This document shows, one piece after another, positions 27,589 to 37,538 of a stretch of 64,000 nt of DNA (the stretch's first letter is position 1; every line of letters begins with the position of its first letter). The notes below the pieces were generated by a model, which saw nothing but the letters and a program-made list of their open reading frames with translations, did no database searches and was not told the origin of the DNA. The translations under genes were made by a program, and so were the position numbers. The stretch lies in sequence record LC819008.1; one strand, given 5' to 3'.

Positions 27589-28082
27589 TTTTGAGGTCCC
27601 TCGCCTTGTACTTCGCTAGCAGTCGACGCCGGGAGAGCGGCTGCTGCTCGTGCTTTGCACTGGTCATTGGAAGGCTCCACGTTACAGAACGTATCCCACA
27701 CGCTATCCATGCGGGCCACCGAGATTTGCTCCGTTTGCTGTACCGGATCTTTCACGGTCTGTTTGATTGTGGCTTCCTTCTTCTGAAGCGTATTGCGGAC
27801 GACCACAGCCGAAGCTGCCAGGTCTTCCTTTTGTTGGGTGACGACAGTCTGTGCCGCATCGTTGGCTTTGGCGCCAGTGTCAGCGACCACGAGGTTCTGC
27901 TTTTCCTCATGGACCTGTTCTTGCGAGACGGCGATTTTCTGCACGTCCTTGATGTGTTGCTTGTAGAGGAAGTACGCCCCGATGCACATGGCGAGGAGAA
28001 CCCCGCCAATCGCACAGTACAACCCCATCTTGATGCCCTTCACCGCCGGAACGGCATCTTCAACAACTTCTTCAATTCCCAT
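27585..28082 (-). CDS. i-spanin (Rz-like)
   Basis: N-terminal TM segment, coiled-coil periplasmic region, two Cys near the C-terminus; ATGA overlap with the o-spanin. Confidence 0.7.
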   Translation of the reverse strand: MGIEEVVEDAVPAVKGIKMGLYCAIGGVLLAMCIGAYFLYKQHIKDVQKIAVSQEQVHEEKQNLVVADTGAKANDAAQTVVTQQKEDLAASAVVVRNTLQKKEATIKQTVKDPVQQTEQISVARMDSVWDTFCNVEPSNDQCKARAAAALPASTASEVQGEGPQK

Positions 28083-28653
28083 GATTGAGCTCTCTTTTTA
28101 AGGAACAATAGGCGACAGCAAGTGAGTCGACCGCATTGTTATCCATGGAGTCTATATCACCTACCAGAACATCCATGATCTCAGGTATTTTTTTAATTGC
28201 TTCGGTCATGGCGTGTTTTTCACCACTATTACCCTTGACGCCGACAGCATTCTTGATGCTAGAAGGATCAATGCGCTCCAGGCACATGTAAGGGTTATAG
28301 GCGTGAACTTCCTGCTCCGTCATGTACAAACACTCAGCCAAAGGAATGACTGCACCAGGCATTCTCGGGTTGATATACGGATGCTCAGAAGCGATGGCCA
28401 TTGGGCGTTCTTTCTTGAACAAAGCCCGCTGGTACATGCGAAACGCCTGAAGCTTCAGATAGCGCAGGTTCTGGTATTGGAAGTGAGGGTTGCGCTTAGC
28501 CATCTTCTCCAGATTCAGAGCGACAGCAGTAGCACGAACGATTTGCCTCGCTTCGACGTCATAGTGGAGTAAGCCAACCCCGGGAAACGATGTCCCGGGG
28601 TCGAAGCCTACGAACTTGACAATACCATCCCCATCGTGCGGGATGTGAAGCAT
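28072..28653 (-). CDS. ruvC: RuvC-like Holliday junction resolvase
   Basis: VGFDPGTS, IASEHPY, PSSIKNAVGVKG...K, DSLAVAY. Confidence 0.85.
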   Translation of the reverse strand: MLHIPHDGDGIVKFVGFDPGTSFPGVGLLHYDVEARQIVRATAVALNLEKMAKRNPHFQYQNLRYLKLQAFRMYQRALFKKERPMAIASEHPYINPRMPGAVIPLAECLYMTEQEVHAYNPYMCLERIDPSSIKNAVGVKGNSGEKHAMTEAIKKIPEIMDVLVGDIDSMDNNAVDSLAVAYCSLKRELNHGN

Positions 28654-28656
28654 GGG

Positions 28657-29511
28657 TTAGGCGTTCACGCCTTCCAGCTGGAAGAGCGGTTCGCTGATAC
28701 CCAGTTCCAGGTTGTCCGTGAGCGACTCGTTGATGTAGTCGAGCGGGTACATTGCCTGGACGAACGTGGCGACTTGCACGCCGATTGCTTCCGTGAACGG
28801 GAAAGTGCCCGTTTGCGACTGAGCCTGGATGACGGTATCTGCTCCCGTACACAGTGCCAGTTCCGAAACGATCGCACGACCCGACTGCTGGGTGATGATC
28901 TGCGAAGCGTTGCGGATTTCGTTGATGTCGAACGAGTCGAGCGGCAGACCGATGATGGTGGATGCCAGCACCGAGTAACCCGCCAGCAGGTTGGTGCCCG
29001 ATTCCGTCAGGTCCGTCGGAGTCGGGTTCAGCGTCGATTCATCCGGCACTACGTCCGAGACAGTGGACGTACCATCGTCGAGCGTTTGCTTCAGGAACAG
29101 GTCGGTGTCGGCCTGCGAGAAGTCCACGCGCTTGATCCAGTAAGCCCAGTACGGCGTACCGTTGTACTCGACTTGCTGACGCAGTGCGTAACGAGCACGA
29201 TACTGAGCCGGCAGGTCGTTGTCGAGCAGACGCAGCGAGAACGGCATGTGATTGAAGAGCGCGCCATCGTTGGACTTGTGCTGGAGGATCTTCGGATAGG
29301 TCGAACCATCAGCACCAGTTGCCATACCGAGACCACCGCGACCCAGTGCGATATAGCCCAGTTTCGGATAGACGCCAGAGCCCGGGTACTGCTGAGCCAG
29401 GGTGTTGAACTTTTCGTTCAGCGTGGTGTATTTCAACCACTTGTAAGCTGCGCCTCGGACCATTGCGGATTGCAGTGCCGAGAACCACAGCGTGCGGGTT
29501 ACGTGTTCCAT
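28657..29511 (-). CDS. Virion structural (baseplate/tail) protein, phiKZ-like
   Basis: 284-aa ORF with YIALGRGG and HMPFSLR...DL motifs typical of phiKZ-family structural proteins; downstream of 29535. Confidence 0.6.
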   Translation of the reverse strand: MEHVTRTLWFSALQSAMVRGAAYKWLKYTTLNEKFNTLAQQYPGSGVYPKLGYIALGRGGLGMATGADGSTYPKILQHKSNDGALFNHMPFSLRLLDNDLPAQYRARYALRQQVEYNGTPYWAYWIKRVDFSQADTDLFLKQTLDDGTSTVSDVVPDESTLNPTPTDLTESGTNLLAGYSVLASTIIGLPLDSFDINEIRNASQIITQQSGRAIVSELALCTGADTVIQAQSQTGTFPFTEAIGVQVATFVQAMYPLDYINESLTDNLELGISEPLFQLEGVNA

Positions 29512-29534
29512 GAGTGACCTGTCAAAGGGTGAGG

Positions 29535-31736
29535 TTACGATTCAAACAATGAGGTTTTTTGATCGTCGGTCAGGGCCATGTAACGGTCCATGCCAAGGAT
29601 CGATTGAAGCGGAGTACCAGATGTATCCGGCGGATTGACCAGGCCAATCTCCACACGACTCAGACTGAAGTAGTGTTGATGGATCTGACCACGATCGGGT
29701 TCATGCGGACCGTTTCTCAAGTCCACGTAGATCTTGCCCTGACCGTACACCTTGTGCGACAGGATCGTCGAGAAGATGTCGAGGCTAAAGCTTTCGTTAT
29801 TGACGACGTCGGTGTTCTGACTGATCACATCGACTGCGCCAAGACGCATGTACTCGTGACCCTCACCATCGATTTTCTGATCGCCAACACGAACGCTAGG
29901 CAGATCGGTCATGATGGTTTCATCGTCTGCCATTTGCGTGACCACCTGAATGGTGTAGCTCGACAGATCAATGAGTGCGTTAGCCATCGCCTTCTGGATG
30001 TTACGCAGGCTCGGAGCAGTCACAAGTGCTTTACCCAGAGCCGCGGATACCAAAGACGTATAGAGCAAACCGAATTCGTCTTGAGAAAGCGTATCGAAGT
30101 TCAGATTCAGGCCCAGGAGCCATTCGCTGTACGTCGTACCTTCCGGTTCCAGTCGTACGTAAGCGTCACCGTAGAAACGCTCGACATACTTGAAGACTTC
30201 ACCGCGGTCTTGCATACCTTCCTGATACGCAACCAGATTGCGCTGGAAGTTAGCAGATTTGAAGATCCCGTCAGTGGCTGCATAGAACGCATCGATCGAA
30301 ATCATCGGGAATGCTTCGACCACATATTTCTTAGCCGTGTTCCATGCGAAGTCATCGACGTACGTCATGTCAATGCCTTTCTTGAGATCAGCATCCGAGG
30401 GAATCGGATAACGCTGAACCCGCTGGGCGCCGAGAAGAGGAATCACAGGCTGGTCGAAGCCGTACTGTTTGTACATGCAATAGGTCGCCAGAATGTAGGC
30501 GTCCTTCACAGACAGAACAATACGCTCGCTCGTCTTCGGATTTTGTACGTTGACGATCGCCGAATACAGACCGTTGGAAGCGTAATACAGCCAATGCGCC
30601 ACCTGAATGTCTTCGAGCTTGTAGGTCTGAGCGCCAGAGTAATCGACCATCGCCGATTCCAGGAGCTTCGTCTGAACCACATTGGACGGGCTGTCCTTGA
30701 GGAACTGTGTAATGTCGTCCTGACCGTACGTAATCTCGTCGAGGTTATCCGGAGCAAGATTGTCCTCCTTAGCCAGGAAGGTCGGCAAGTCGATATATTC
30801 GGGCGCACCAGAAGACGGAATGACCGTCATATCTGTACGCTTCATGGTGATATCGGCGTAGACGTTTTCCGTCACATTGGTCGTGTCGTGACGCATCGTG
30901 TAATCAGCCAGCGGAATGTTCCGCTTGGTCATCAGAGCGTCGACGAGTTTGTCCAGTGTGTCATTGGCACCCGGATGGCGTTGGTAATACAGGATGTTCC
31001 TGTAGAAGTGCATCGCCTGTTCAAGATTCATGAACTGGTAGTACTGACCCAGATTCGAATTGGATGCCAGATAGTTACTGACGTAGAAGCTGTGAGCTTC
31101 GATCGTCTTGTGTCGCTTCAAGCGCTCGGTCAGGATCAACGGCACGAGCATCATGTAGTAAATCGACATGACCACGCCGTAATACAAACTGTCCGAAATG
31201 TTATACTGCTCGTTATAATAGCGCTTGAAATAAATGGTCGTCCAGTCCTGCAGCGAGTTAACGAGTGTGTACTCATTGGACTCGATTGCGTTAACCGGGT
31301 AGCCCAGTATTGTATGGTCAGGGGCGGCTATAGCAGTCGCCTTATCAACCGGATATAGTACTCCCAGAATGACATCTTCCTGAGTAGGATACTTGGCGAG
31401 AAGCTCGCCATATTGCCGCGTACCGAACTGGTAATCGCGCGCAGTGTTCTTGTGAATGCGGAGATTTGCCGTGGTGAAGTCGATCACATCCAGATTGTCG
31501 GATGAAACGACTTGCATCATGGTGTCTGTCGGATGGTACTCGCCTGCCAGATTCATGTAGTACTTCCATGTTTCTGGCTTATCCGCGTCTGTTTCGTATT
31601 CTTGGAATTGGAGAAGTCTGTCATTCACGCGTTGTGCCACGTACTCGGACTTGATAATCAAAGTCTGAGCCAATGTCAACACGCTATTGAGATAGACCTG
31701 AAATGAATTATCGCTCACGGTAGGTATCCATGTCAT
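29535..31736 (-). CDS. Virion structural protein (phiKZ gp128-like, baseplate, inferred)
   Basis: 733 aa; WKYYMNLAGEYHPTD motif; divergent from the probable portal as in phiKZ-like genomes. Confidence 0.6.
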   Translation of the reverse strand: MTWIPTVSDNSFQVYLNSVLTLAQTLIIKSEYVAQRVNDRLLQFQEYETDADKPETWKYYMNLAGEYHPTDTMMQVVSSDNLDVIDFTTANLRIHKNTARDYQFGTRQYGELLAKYPTQEDVILGVLYPVDKATAIAAPDHTILGYPVNAIESNEYTLVNSLQDWTTIYFKRYYNEQYNISDSLYYGVVMSIYYMMLVPLILTERLKRHKTIEAHSFYVSNYLASNSNLGQYYQFMNLEQAMHFYRNILYYQRHPGANDTLDKLVDALMTKRNIPLADYTMRHDTTNVTENVYADITMKRTDMTVIPSSGAPEYIDLPTFLAKEDNLAPDNLDEITYGQDDITQFLKDSPSNVVQTKLLESAMVDYSGAQTYKLEDIQVAHWLYYASNGLYSAIVNVQNPKTSERIVLSVKDAYILATYCMYKQYGFDQPVIPLLGAQRVQRYPIPSDADLKKGIDMTYVDDFAWNTAKKYVVEAFPMISIDAFYAATDGIFKSANFQRNLVAYQEGMQDRGEVFKYVERFYGDAYVRLEPEGTTYSEWLLGLNLNFDTLSQDEFGLLYTSLVSAALGKALVTAPSLRNIQKAMANALIDLSSYTIQVVTQMADDETIMTDLPSVRVGDQKIDGEGHEYMRLGAVDVISQNTDVVNNESFSLDIFSTILSHKVYGQGKIYVDLRNGPHEPDRGQIHQHYFSLSRVEIGLVNPPDTSGTPLQSILGMDRYMALTDDQKTSLFES

Positions 31737-34735
31737 CCAGCGTTAAAATCGTCGAAAACGTCACGAACGTTTCCAATGGCAAGAAGCTGCCTGTCTTGGA
31801 ATTCGTTCGAACTCATAAGCCACTCGCGGCTGCGATCAGTAAGGCTACGCCTGGTACGGATCGAGTAACGCGCGACGGTCAGGGCAACCGTAAGGTTAGC
31901 TCGCCTGACTATGCTTCGATGATCAGCGTTCACCGCACGATCAGTCGTCGTAACAAAGATGCGAAAATGACTTTCCAGATGTTGCCGGATTTGAAGCTGG
32001 CAATGGAAATGGTCATCTCGCTTATCATGTCGCCCAAAGACATGTTCAGTGATGAGGTTCTCATCCTGTCGGATTCGTCTGAGCTCCTGCCTGCATCGTT
32101 GATGTCTTCGATGCTGCAAGTGACGACGGATTACTTCAAGAAGAACCACAACCTGACGGAATTCATTCAACACATGCTCGAAGAGACTCTCGGCCTGCAG
32201 GGGGCTCTCCCCGTTGCCGTGATTCCTGAGAACGCGCTGGATGATCTCATCAACAACTACAATGCGAATCTGTCGCTGGAACGGTTCAGCACTGAATTTG
32301 ACGTTGAGAGAAATATCCCCCATCCCCTGGGCATGCTTGGTGTACCAGACTATCTGACACCACGAACAAATAATACACGGCCTGTTACGGGCCGTATGAA
32401 GTTTGGCTCGAAGGTGTCGTTTGACCTGCAGTCGTATGAGACGTATCGGTCGATGAATTCGAGTAAGCCTTCTTCGGCTACCTCGGGTATCGCCTTCTCG
32501 AAACTCTTCAGCGACAAGGTCAAAGAAGAAGACAAAAGCAAGCCCTGGACCTTCAAGGTGCCTGAAGGCATGTCGGCTAAACCCGGCTCCGAAGGCAATG
32601 GAAACGAAATCGACGCAGACAATCTGTGCTTCGTGACCGATAACATTTCCATCCTGAAGCTGCCTGTGTTGAAGGAACGCGCTCGTGGTCAGCGCGTGCA
32701 TGAAGTCTTGAAGAAGCGCGGCTATAACAAGCTGCAGGCTTCTCTCGAATCGATGACGCTTGCGCTGTCGAACAAGCAAAAAGAAATCATCAAGAAAGAT
32801 GCGCAAGACAAAGGCCGCACACTCGCCGATAGCGAAGTGGAAAGCCTGCTCTTTAAGAACCGTCGGTTTGCACATACGCCGGTTGCTGCCTTGCGCACGA
32901 ACGGTAACCTCAAACGCAACTCGATCGGCGAAGCCATGATCAAGGAGTTCGATACGGCGTGTTTCATCCCCGTGTCGATTGAGGGCGACCCCACTCGCAA
33001 GCTTGGTGGTTTCATCATGCTGGATGAGGATGGTTATCCTCTTACCACGCATAACGCAGATCCGGAAGAGATCGTCGACCTCTCCACCTACGCTGGTGGT
33101 TCGGGTAACTTCGTCTCCAGCATGAACGATCGAAGCAATTCGATCATGAACGGCAAGACGACTGAGGGCGTGTCGCAATACATGCTCAAGAAGTTCTTCA
33201 CGAAGACGTTTGGCGAGATGGTTGAAAAAGACCTGATCGACCGCGTGAAGAATGGTCAGTACGACAACGGCGTTCAGCTGGCTTCGAATGAAGACTTCTA
33301 CTGGCTGATGTTCACCCGCTGCATGAAGGGTCAGCGTACCCATCTGCTGTGGCTGCCGAACGAGTTCCTGGTGTACTTCGCACTGGACTACGACGAGATG
33401 GGCTTTGGTAAGAGCCTCCTGGACGACATCCGCAACATCACCAGCATGCGTATCATGCTGATGGTCTCGGGTATCGCTGCCTCGCTTCGTAACTCGATTG
33501 GTCGCACCAAAGTGACCGTCAAGCTGGATGAAGACGATCCCGATGCTGAAAAGTCCATCGAAGACATTCAGGATGAAATCCTGAAGAGCCGGATGAACCC
33601 CATCCCGTTCGGTATCAATAACGTAGCGGATATTTCCAAGTATCTGCAACGTTCGTGCTATGAATTCGAGATCTCGGGTTCGAGCGCAATTCCGGACATG
33701 CAGGTTCAGTTCGAGCAATACAACTCGCAGTATCCGAAGCCCGATGAAGATCTGATCAACCAGTTGAAAGAACTGTCGATCCATCACTTCGGTCTGACCA
33801 AAGACATGATCGATGCGGCTGAAGGTGTGGACTTCGCGATTCAAGCGGCGACCAACAACCTGATGACCATGAAGCGCGTGCAACGCTGGCAGCGTAAGGT
33901 TGAACCTCTCGCATCGGAATACGTTCGCAAAGTCGCATTGGCTAGCGAATCGCAAATCGACGACCTGCGTCAGCTCGTCAGCAACAACTTCAAGCAACTG
34001 CAAGTCGAAAAGGTCAAGCGTTACTTCGACCTCAAAGACGATTCGTTGCTCAATGACGAAGACTTCAAGAAGCTCGTCACGGAACAATGTTTGAACGTCT
34101 TCCTGAATAACCTGAAAGTCGAACTGCCTTCTCCGGCTGCGACGACTCTGGAAGCTCAGAAGCAACAGTTCACCGATGCTGCCGAGTTCTACAAGGAAGC
34201 AATCGATTACATCATCAACGAGTCCTTCTTCGACACGTCCGTTATGGGCGAAGACATGAATGGTCACGTCGATATGATCAAAAACATTATCCTGTCGCAT
34301 TACATGCGCGAATACATGGCGAAGAACGCTATTCTGCCCGAACTGTCAGATCTCACTACGATCGGCGAAGACGGCAAGATCGCAGTCAATGTCATGGATA
34401 GCCTGGAGCAGCACATCAAGGCTCTCGGCATGTCGACGGGTAACTTCTTCAAGCGCTTCAAACACTTCGCTCAACTCCAGACGGCACTCATGCAGGGCGT
34501 GGGTGAATCCAGTACGACTGGTGAAACCGACACTGGTGGTGGTAGTTCTGGTGGTGGAGATGACTGGGGTGGTGGCGGAGGCGGTGGTGACGACGATCTG
34601 CCTGGCCTGGATGATATTCCGACCGATGATGGTTCGGGTACCAGCGACGAAACGTCTGATGAAGACACGGGATCTTCGGACGAAGATACGGGTGATGGTG
34701 GAAACGCCAACCCGGATGAAAACGAAGAATCCTAA
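31730..34735 (+). CDS. Probable portal protein (phiKZ gp129-like)
   Basis: 1001 aa; LPDLKLAMEMVISLIMSPKD; internal S-x-E sites; acidic Gly/Asp tail; synteny with the gp128-like gene. Identity is inferred. Confidence 0.6.
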   Translation: MSSSVKIVENVTNVSNGKKLPVLEFVRTHKPLAAAISKATPGTDRVTRDGQGNRKVSSPDYASMISVHRTISRRNKDAKMTFQMLPDLKLAMEMVISLIMSPKDMFSDEVLILSDSSELLPASLMSSMLQVTTDYFKKNHNLTEFIQHMLEETLGLQGALPVAVIPENALDDLINNYNANLSLERFSTEFDVERNIPHPLGMLGVPDYLTPRTNNTRPVTGRMKFGSKVSFDLQSYETYRSMNSSKPSSATSGIAFSKLFSDKVKEEDKSKPWTFKVPEGMSAKPGSEGNGNEIDADNLCFVTDNISILKLPVLKERARGQRVHEVLKKRGYNKLQASLESMTLALSNKQKEIIKKDAQDKGRTLADSEVESLLFKNRRFAHTPVAALRTNGNLKRNSIGEAMIKEFDTACFIPVSIEGDPTRKLGGFIMLDEDGYPLTTHNADPEEIVDLSTYAGGSGNFVSSMNDRSNSIMNGKTTEGVSQYMLKKFFTKTFGEMVEKDLIDRVKNGQYDNGVQLASNEDFYWLMFTRCMKGQRTHLLWLPNEFLVYFALDYDEMGFGKSLLDDIRNITSMRIMLMVSGIAASLRNSIGRTKVTVKLDEDDPDAEKSIEDIQDEILKSRMNPIPFGINNVADISKYLQRSCYEFEISGSSAIPDMQVQFEQYNSQYPKPDEDLINQLKELSIHHFGLTKDMIDAAEGVDFAIQAATNNLMTMKRVQRWQRKVEPLASEYVRKVALASESQIDDLRQLVSNNFKQLQVEKVKRYFDLKDDSLLNDEDFKKLVTEQCLNVFLNNLKVELPSPAATTLEAQKQQFTDAAEFYKEAIDYIINESFFDTSVMGEDMNGHVDMIKNIILSHYMREYMAKNAILPELSDLTTIGEDGKIAVNVMDSLEQHIKALGMSTGNFFKRFKHFAQLQTALMQGVGESSTTGETDTGGGSSGGGDDWGGGGGGGDDDLPGLDDIPTDDGSGTSDETSDEDTGSSDEDTGDGGNANPDENEES

Positions 34736-34749
34736 AAACGAAAGCATTT

Positions 34750-34780
34750 CCACTGGGGGCCGAAGCCCCCAGTGGTTTTA
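34750..34780 (+). terminator. Rho-independent terminator
   Basis: ccactgggggc-CGAA-gcccccagtgg followed by tttt. Confidence 0.8.
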
Positions 34781-34823
34781 TGCCGCGATCTTGTGATAAA
34801 CGATAAAATTGCAAGGGATCATT

Positions 34824-35654
34824 ATGTTAGCAGCTTTTCTAATGAGGAAGCCGGTCTTATCGAGAGGCAGTGCAATCTTCACCACTCCAGGCACCTATGA
34901 CTTCATCGTTCCGGCAGGAGTCACATTGCTGTGTGGTGTGGGTATCGGCGCCGGTGGGGGTGGCTGGCAAAACACAATCGGTGGAACGAGTACTTGGGGT
35001 TCTTCTGGTGGAGGCGGCGGGCTTGGCTGGAAAAACGCAATTCCGGTTACTCCTGGTGAACATCTGATTGTCGTTGTTGGAGCTTTGGGTATTACTGCGG
35101 TCGGTAATGCAATCGGCACCAACGGCGGTGATAGTTATCTCGCTCGCGGATCTACCAAGCTATTTGCTGGGTACGGCGGTCTATGTGGCGGCGCTACTGG
35201 CTCAAACACGTCTTATGGCAAGGGTGGCGGTTATCTAGGCGACGGTGGCGGTAATGGCGGTGCCGGCGTCAACTTTGATTATGCTGCAGCTGGCGGTGGT
35301 GGGGCTGGCGGGTATACAGGTAACGGTGGGCAAGGCACAGATATCTCGCAGGGCGCAGCTGGGTTAGGAGGCGGTGCTTCTGGCGGACGAGGAGGTACTA
35401 ACTATACCGACAACGGTTCCGCAGGCCGTGGGGGCGGTACTGGACTATTTGGTCTTGGCAATAGTGCTGCCGCGCAGACGACCAGATGGGGTAACGGTTT
35501 ACCTGGATCCCAGATCGCAGGCGGTGGAGAATTCGGCGGCGGTTCTTCTTCTTCGCGTGTGATCACTCCGAATACACCAGGTCTTGATGGAGGCTTGCGT
35601 TTGATTTGGGGTAAGAACCGAGCGTACCCGTCGACTGATTGCGGTGCAGATTAA
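34824..35654 (+). CDS. Glycine-rich tail-associated protein
   Basis: ATG at 34824 (MLAAFLMRKP); FTTPGTYDFIVPAGVT...GAGGGG and Gly-rich repeats. Confidence 0.7.
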   Translation: MLAAFLMRKPVLSRGSAIFTTPGTYDFIVPAGVTLLCGVGIGAGGGGWQNTIGGTSTWGSSGGGGGLGWKNAIPVTPGEHLIVVVGALGITAVGNAIGTNGGDSYLARGSTKLFAGYGGLCGGATGSNTSYGKGGGYLGDGGGNGGAGVNFDYAAAGGGGAGGYTGNGGQGTDISQGAAGLGGGASGGRGGTNYTDNGSAGRGGGTGLFGLGNSAAAQTTRWGNGLPGSQIAGGGEFGGGSSSSRVITPNTPGLDGGLRLIWGKNRAYPSTDCGAD

Positions 35655-35655
35655 G

Positions 35656-35689
35656 CATACACTACCTGGCGAAAGCCAGGTAGTGTATG
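35656..35689. terminator. Bidirectional terminator
   Basis: catacactacctggc-GAAA-gccaggtagtgtatg, 15-bp stem between convergent genes. Confidence 0.85.
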
Positions 35690-35714
35690 GTCTAACAGCA
35701 ACGAGTCATGCATT

Positions 35715-36461
35715 TTAATAACCCGTAATAAACGGATTGAAGTTGCCTGTTGTGTAACGAGCGATATTGCTGACGCGCGTTCCGTAGAAATTACCAGAAG
35801 CATACCAGCTAACCGCTCCGCCACTACCTCCTAACATTCGACCAACCAGAAGAGCCGTCGAATAATTCAGGACGTAGTTATAGGCGTCAGCGGCTGGGGC
35901 AGCCAAGGCAGTGCCGTCATAGAACATCTGCCATTGCCCACTCATGCGTTGGTACGCGATGTGATGCCATGCGCCTCTGACGATCTTACCGATCGACGGG
36001 TTTGCGATCTGCTTTTGAGACGACGCATTAGCGTACGTCCAGGCCCACAAGGACGTATAGCCGTACGAGCTTTCCGTATAAGCCAGATCGAAGTTGTATG
36101 GCGATGTACCGTTATGCCACGAACCCCATGAAATGAACGGCCACCAATACGAATTATCCGCGCTCTGGAAAAGGATGTTCTTGACCCAGAAATACGTTTC
36201 GACAGTGAAGTCGTTCGTACCAGCGAGCAGGTAAGTTGGATTAGGTATCGACAGATAAGCGCCACCTGCATCCGGGGTTTTTATCGTGGGATAGCCAAAC
36301 AACTTATTCGTTGAATCGACAGTCATCCCACTGTTGGTGACTACTGCGTTTTTGCTGGAAAAATCTTTGATCGTTCCGCCATAGGCGTTCAGAAGAAGCA
36401 GTGTATTGGAGTCCACAGCAGGACCCACTTGCTTCTTATACAACAGTATTGAATCTAACAT
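35715..36461 (-). CDS. LamG/concanavalin-like tail or receptor-binding protein
   Basis: ATG at 36461 (MLDSILLYKKQ), TGATG overlap with the upstream gene; DFTVETYF, WHHIAYQR, RVSNIARYT. Confidence 0.75.
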   Translation of the reverse strand: MLDSILLYKKQVGPAVDSNTLLLLNAYGGTIKDFSSKNAVVTNSGMTVDSTNKLFGYPTIKTPDAGGAYLSIPNPTYLLAGTNDFTVETYFWVKNILFQSADNSYWWPFISWGSWHNGTSPYNFDLAYTESSYGYTSLWAWTYANASSQKQIANPSIGKIVRGAWHHIAYQRMSGQWQMFYDGTALAAPAADAYNYVLNYSTALLVGRMLGGSGGAVSWYASGNFYGTRVSNIARYTTGNFNPFITGY

Positions 36462-37090
36462 CAGACAGTCGTCCCGTGGGTAATTGAAAGGGAATTGATC
36501 TTCCAGTTTCCCATAGTGGCAAACTGAGTTCCTACGATCGTGCCCGAAGACGTAAGGTAAGAACCCAAGACCCAATCGACATTACACTTGCGTTGAGTTG
36601 CGAAAGTGTTGCTGTAGATGGTATTGCCATTGAGTTTGCAAAGGAAAGCGCTTCCTTTTCGCTGCCAGAAGAAATCAAATGGAGTATTGAGTGCGATGTT
36701 GTTCGAACCACTAGTCGACTGGTAAACGCTTTCTGAAATCGAACCAATCGATAGTCGGACCGTACCATCATTATACCGTTGGAAACAAAATTCTCCCTGA
36801 CCCGCCACTTGCAACCATTTGCCGATGAGGTAAAGCGAGTTTCCATTCCCGGTGTTTTGGCTATATACGACGGCATTCATTCGGATTTCCATATCTTCGC
36901 CGATAGGGTAAGGCGAAGTTCCATAGGGAATCCGAATATAGTCAATCTGAGCGCCGCCCGCAAATGTGTAAGAGCCGTCGCTGCCCTGAGTGACACCAGA
37001 GGACTTAGTCCAGGTGTTCGTCGCACCACCGCCTTCAATGTTGATCACATTTGCGACAGCTTTCTTCTTTAATAAAATTGATTCCAGCAT
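36461..37090 (-). CDS. Concanavalin-like tail or receptor-binding protein
   Basis: MLESILLKKKA N-terminus; beta-rich domain (FLCKLNGNTIY...DWVLGSY). Confidence 0.65.
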   Translation of the reverse strand: MLESILLKKKAVANVINIEGGGATNTWTKSSGVTQGSDGSYTFAGGAQIDYIRIPYGTSPYPIGEDMEIRMNAVVYSQNTGNGNSLYLIGKWLQVAGQGEFCFQRYNDGTVRLSIGSISESVYQSTSGSNNIALNTPFDFFWQRKGSAFLCKLNGNTIYSNTFATQRKCNVDWVLGSYLTSSGTIVGTQFATMGNWKINSLSITHGTTV

Positions 37091-37121
37091 AGCAAGCCCT
37101 GTTTGTCGAATGTCACAGGAT

Positions 37122-37520
37122 TTACTCTCTTGTCATTGCTTCCCTTAAGACCTGGATATCTTTCTCGTCTTTCTTGCGATTCAATGGCAACTTCAGTTCC
37201 AGAAGACTCTTAAGCGACTGGACATGATAGCCGTTGATAATCCGATCGCATTCATGTTTCGTGTCACGTGCATCGATTACGCCACCCACTACCCACATGA
37301 CATCAGGTTTGCCTTTGACAGGCAATTTGTAGTAGACGCCAGTCGTCACCATACGACGACAAACTTCAGTCGGTACGTACAGATCGATATCCGCTGTTAA
37401 ATCTCTCAGTCCTCGCATGACCATGGCTGAACCACCCAGTACTTGGATCTGATTTCGTTCGAGTTTCATGTGCCAACAGAACTCACTGAGTTTATCCAGT
37501 ACCTGCTGTTTGTGTAGCAT
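37122..37520 (-). CDS. Pol-beta-fold nucleotidyltransferase-like protein, copy 2
   Basis: ATG at 37520 (MLHKQQVL); VLGGSAMVMRGLRDLTADIDLYV; NRKKDEKDI. Confidence 0.7.
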   Translation of the reverse strand: MLHKQQVLDKLSEFCWHMKLERNQIQVLGGSAMVMRGLRDLTADIDLYVPTEVCRRMVTTGVYYKLPVKGKPDVMWVVGGVIDARDTKHECDRIINGYHVQSLKSLLELKLPLNRKKDEKDIQVLREAMTRE

Positions 37521-37538
37521 TTCGGCTCCAAAAAGCAA

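Noticed and set aside
306-37090. Diversity-generating retroelement acting on the lectin-like proteins
   Set aside because: No reverse transcriptase, and no near-identical template/variable repeat pair differing at adenines was seen between the C-termini.
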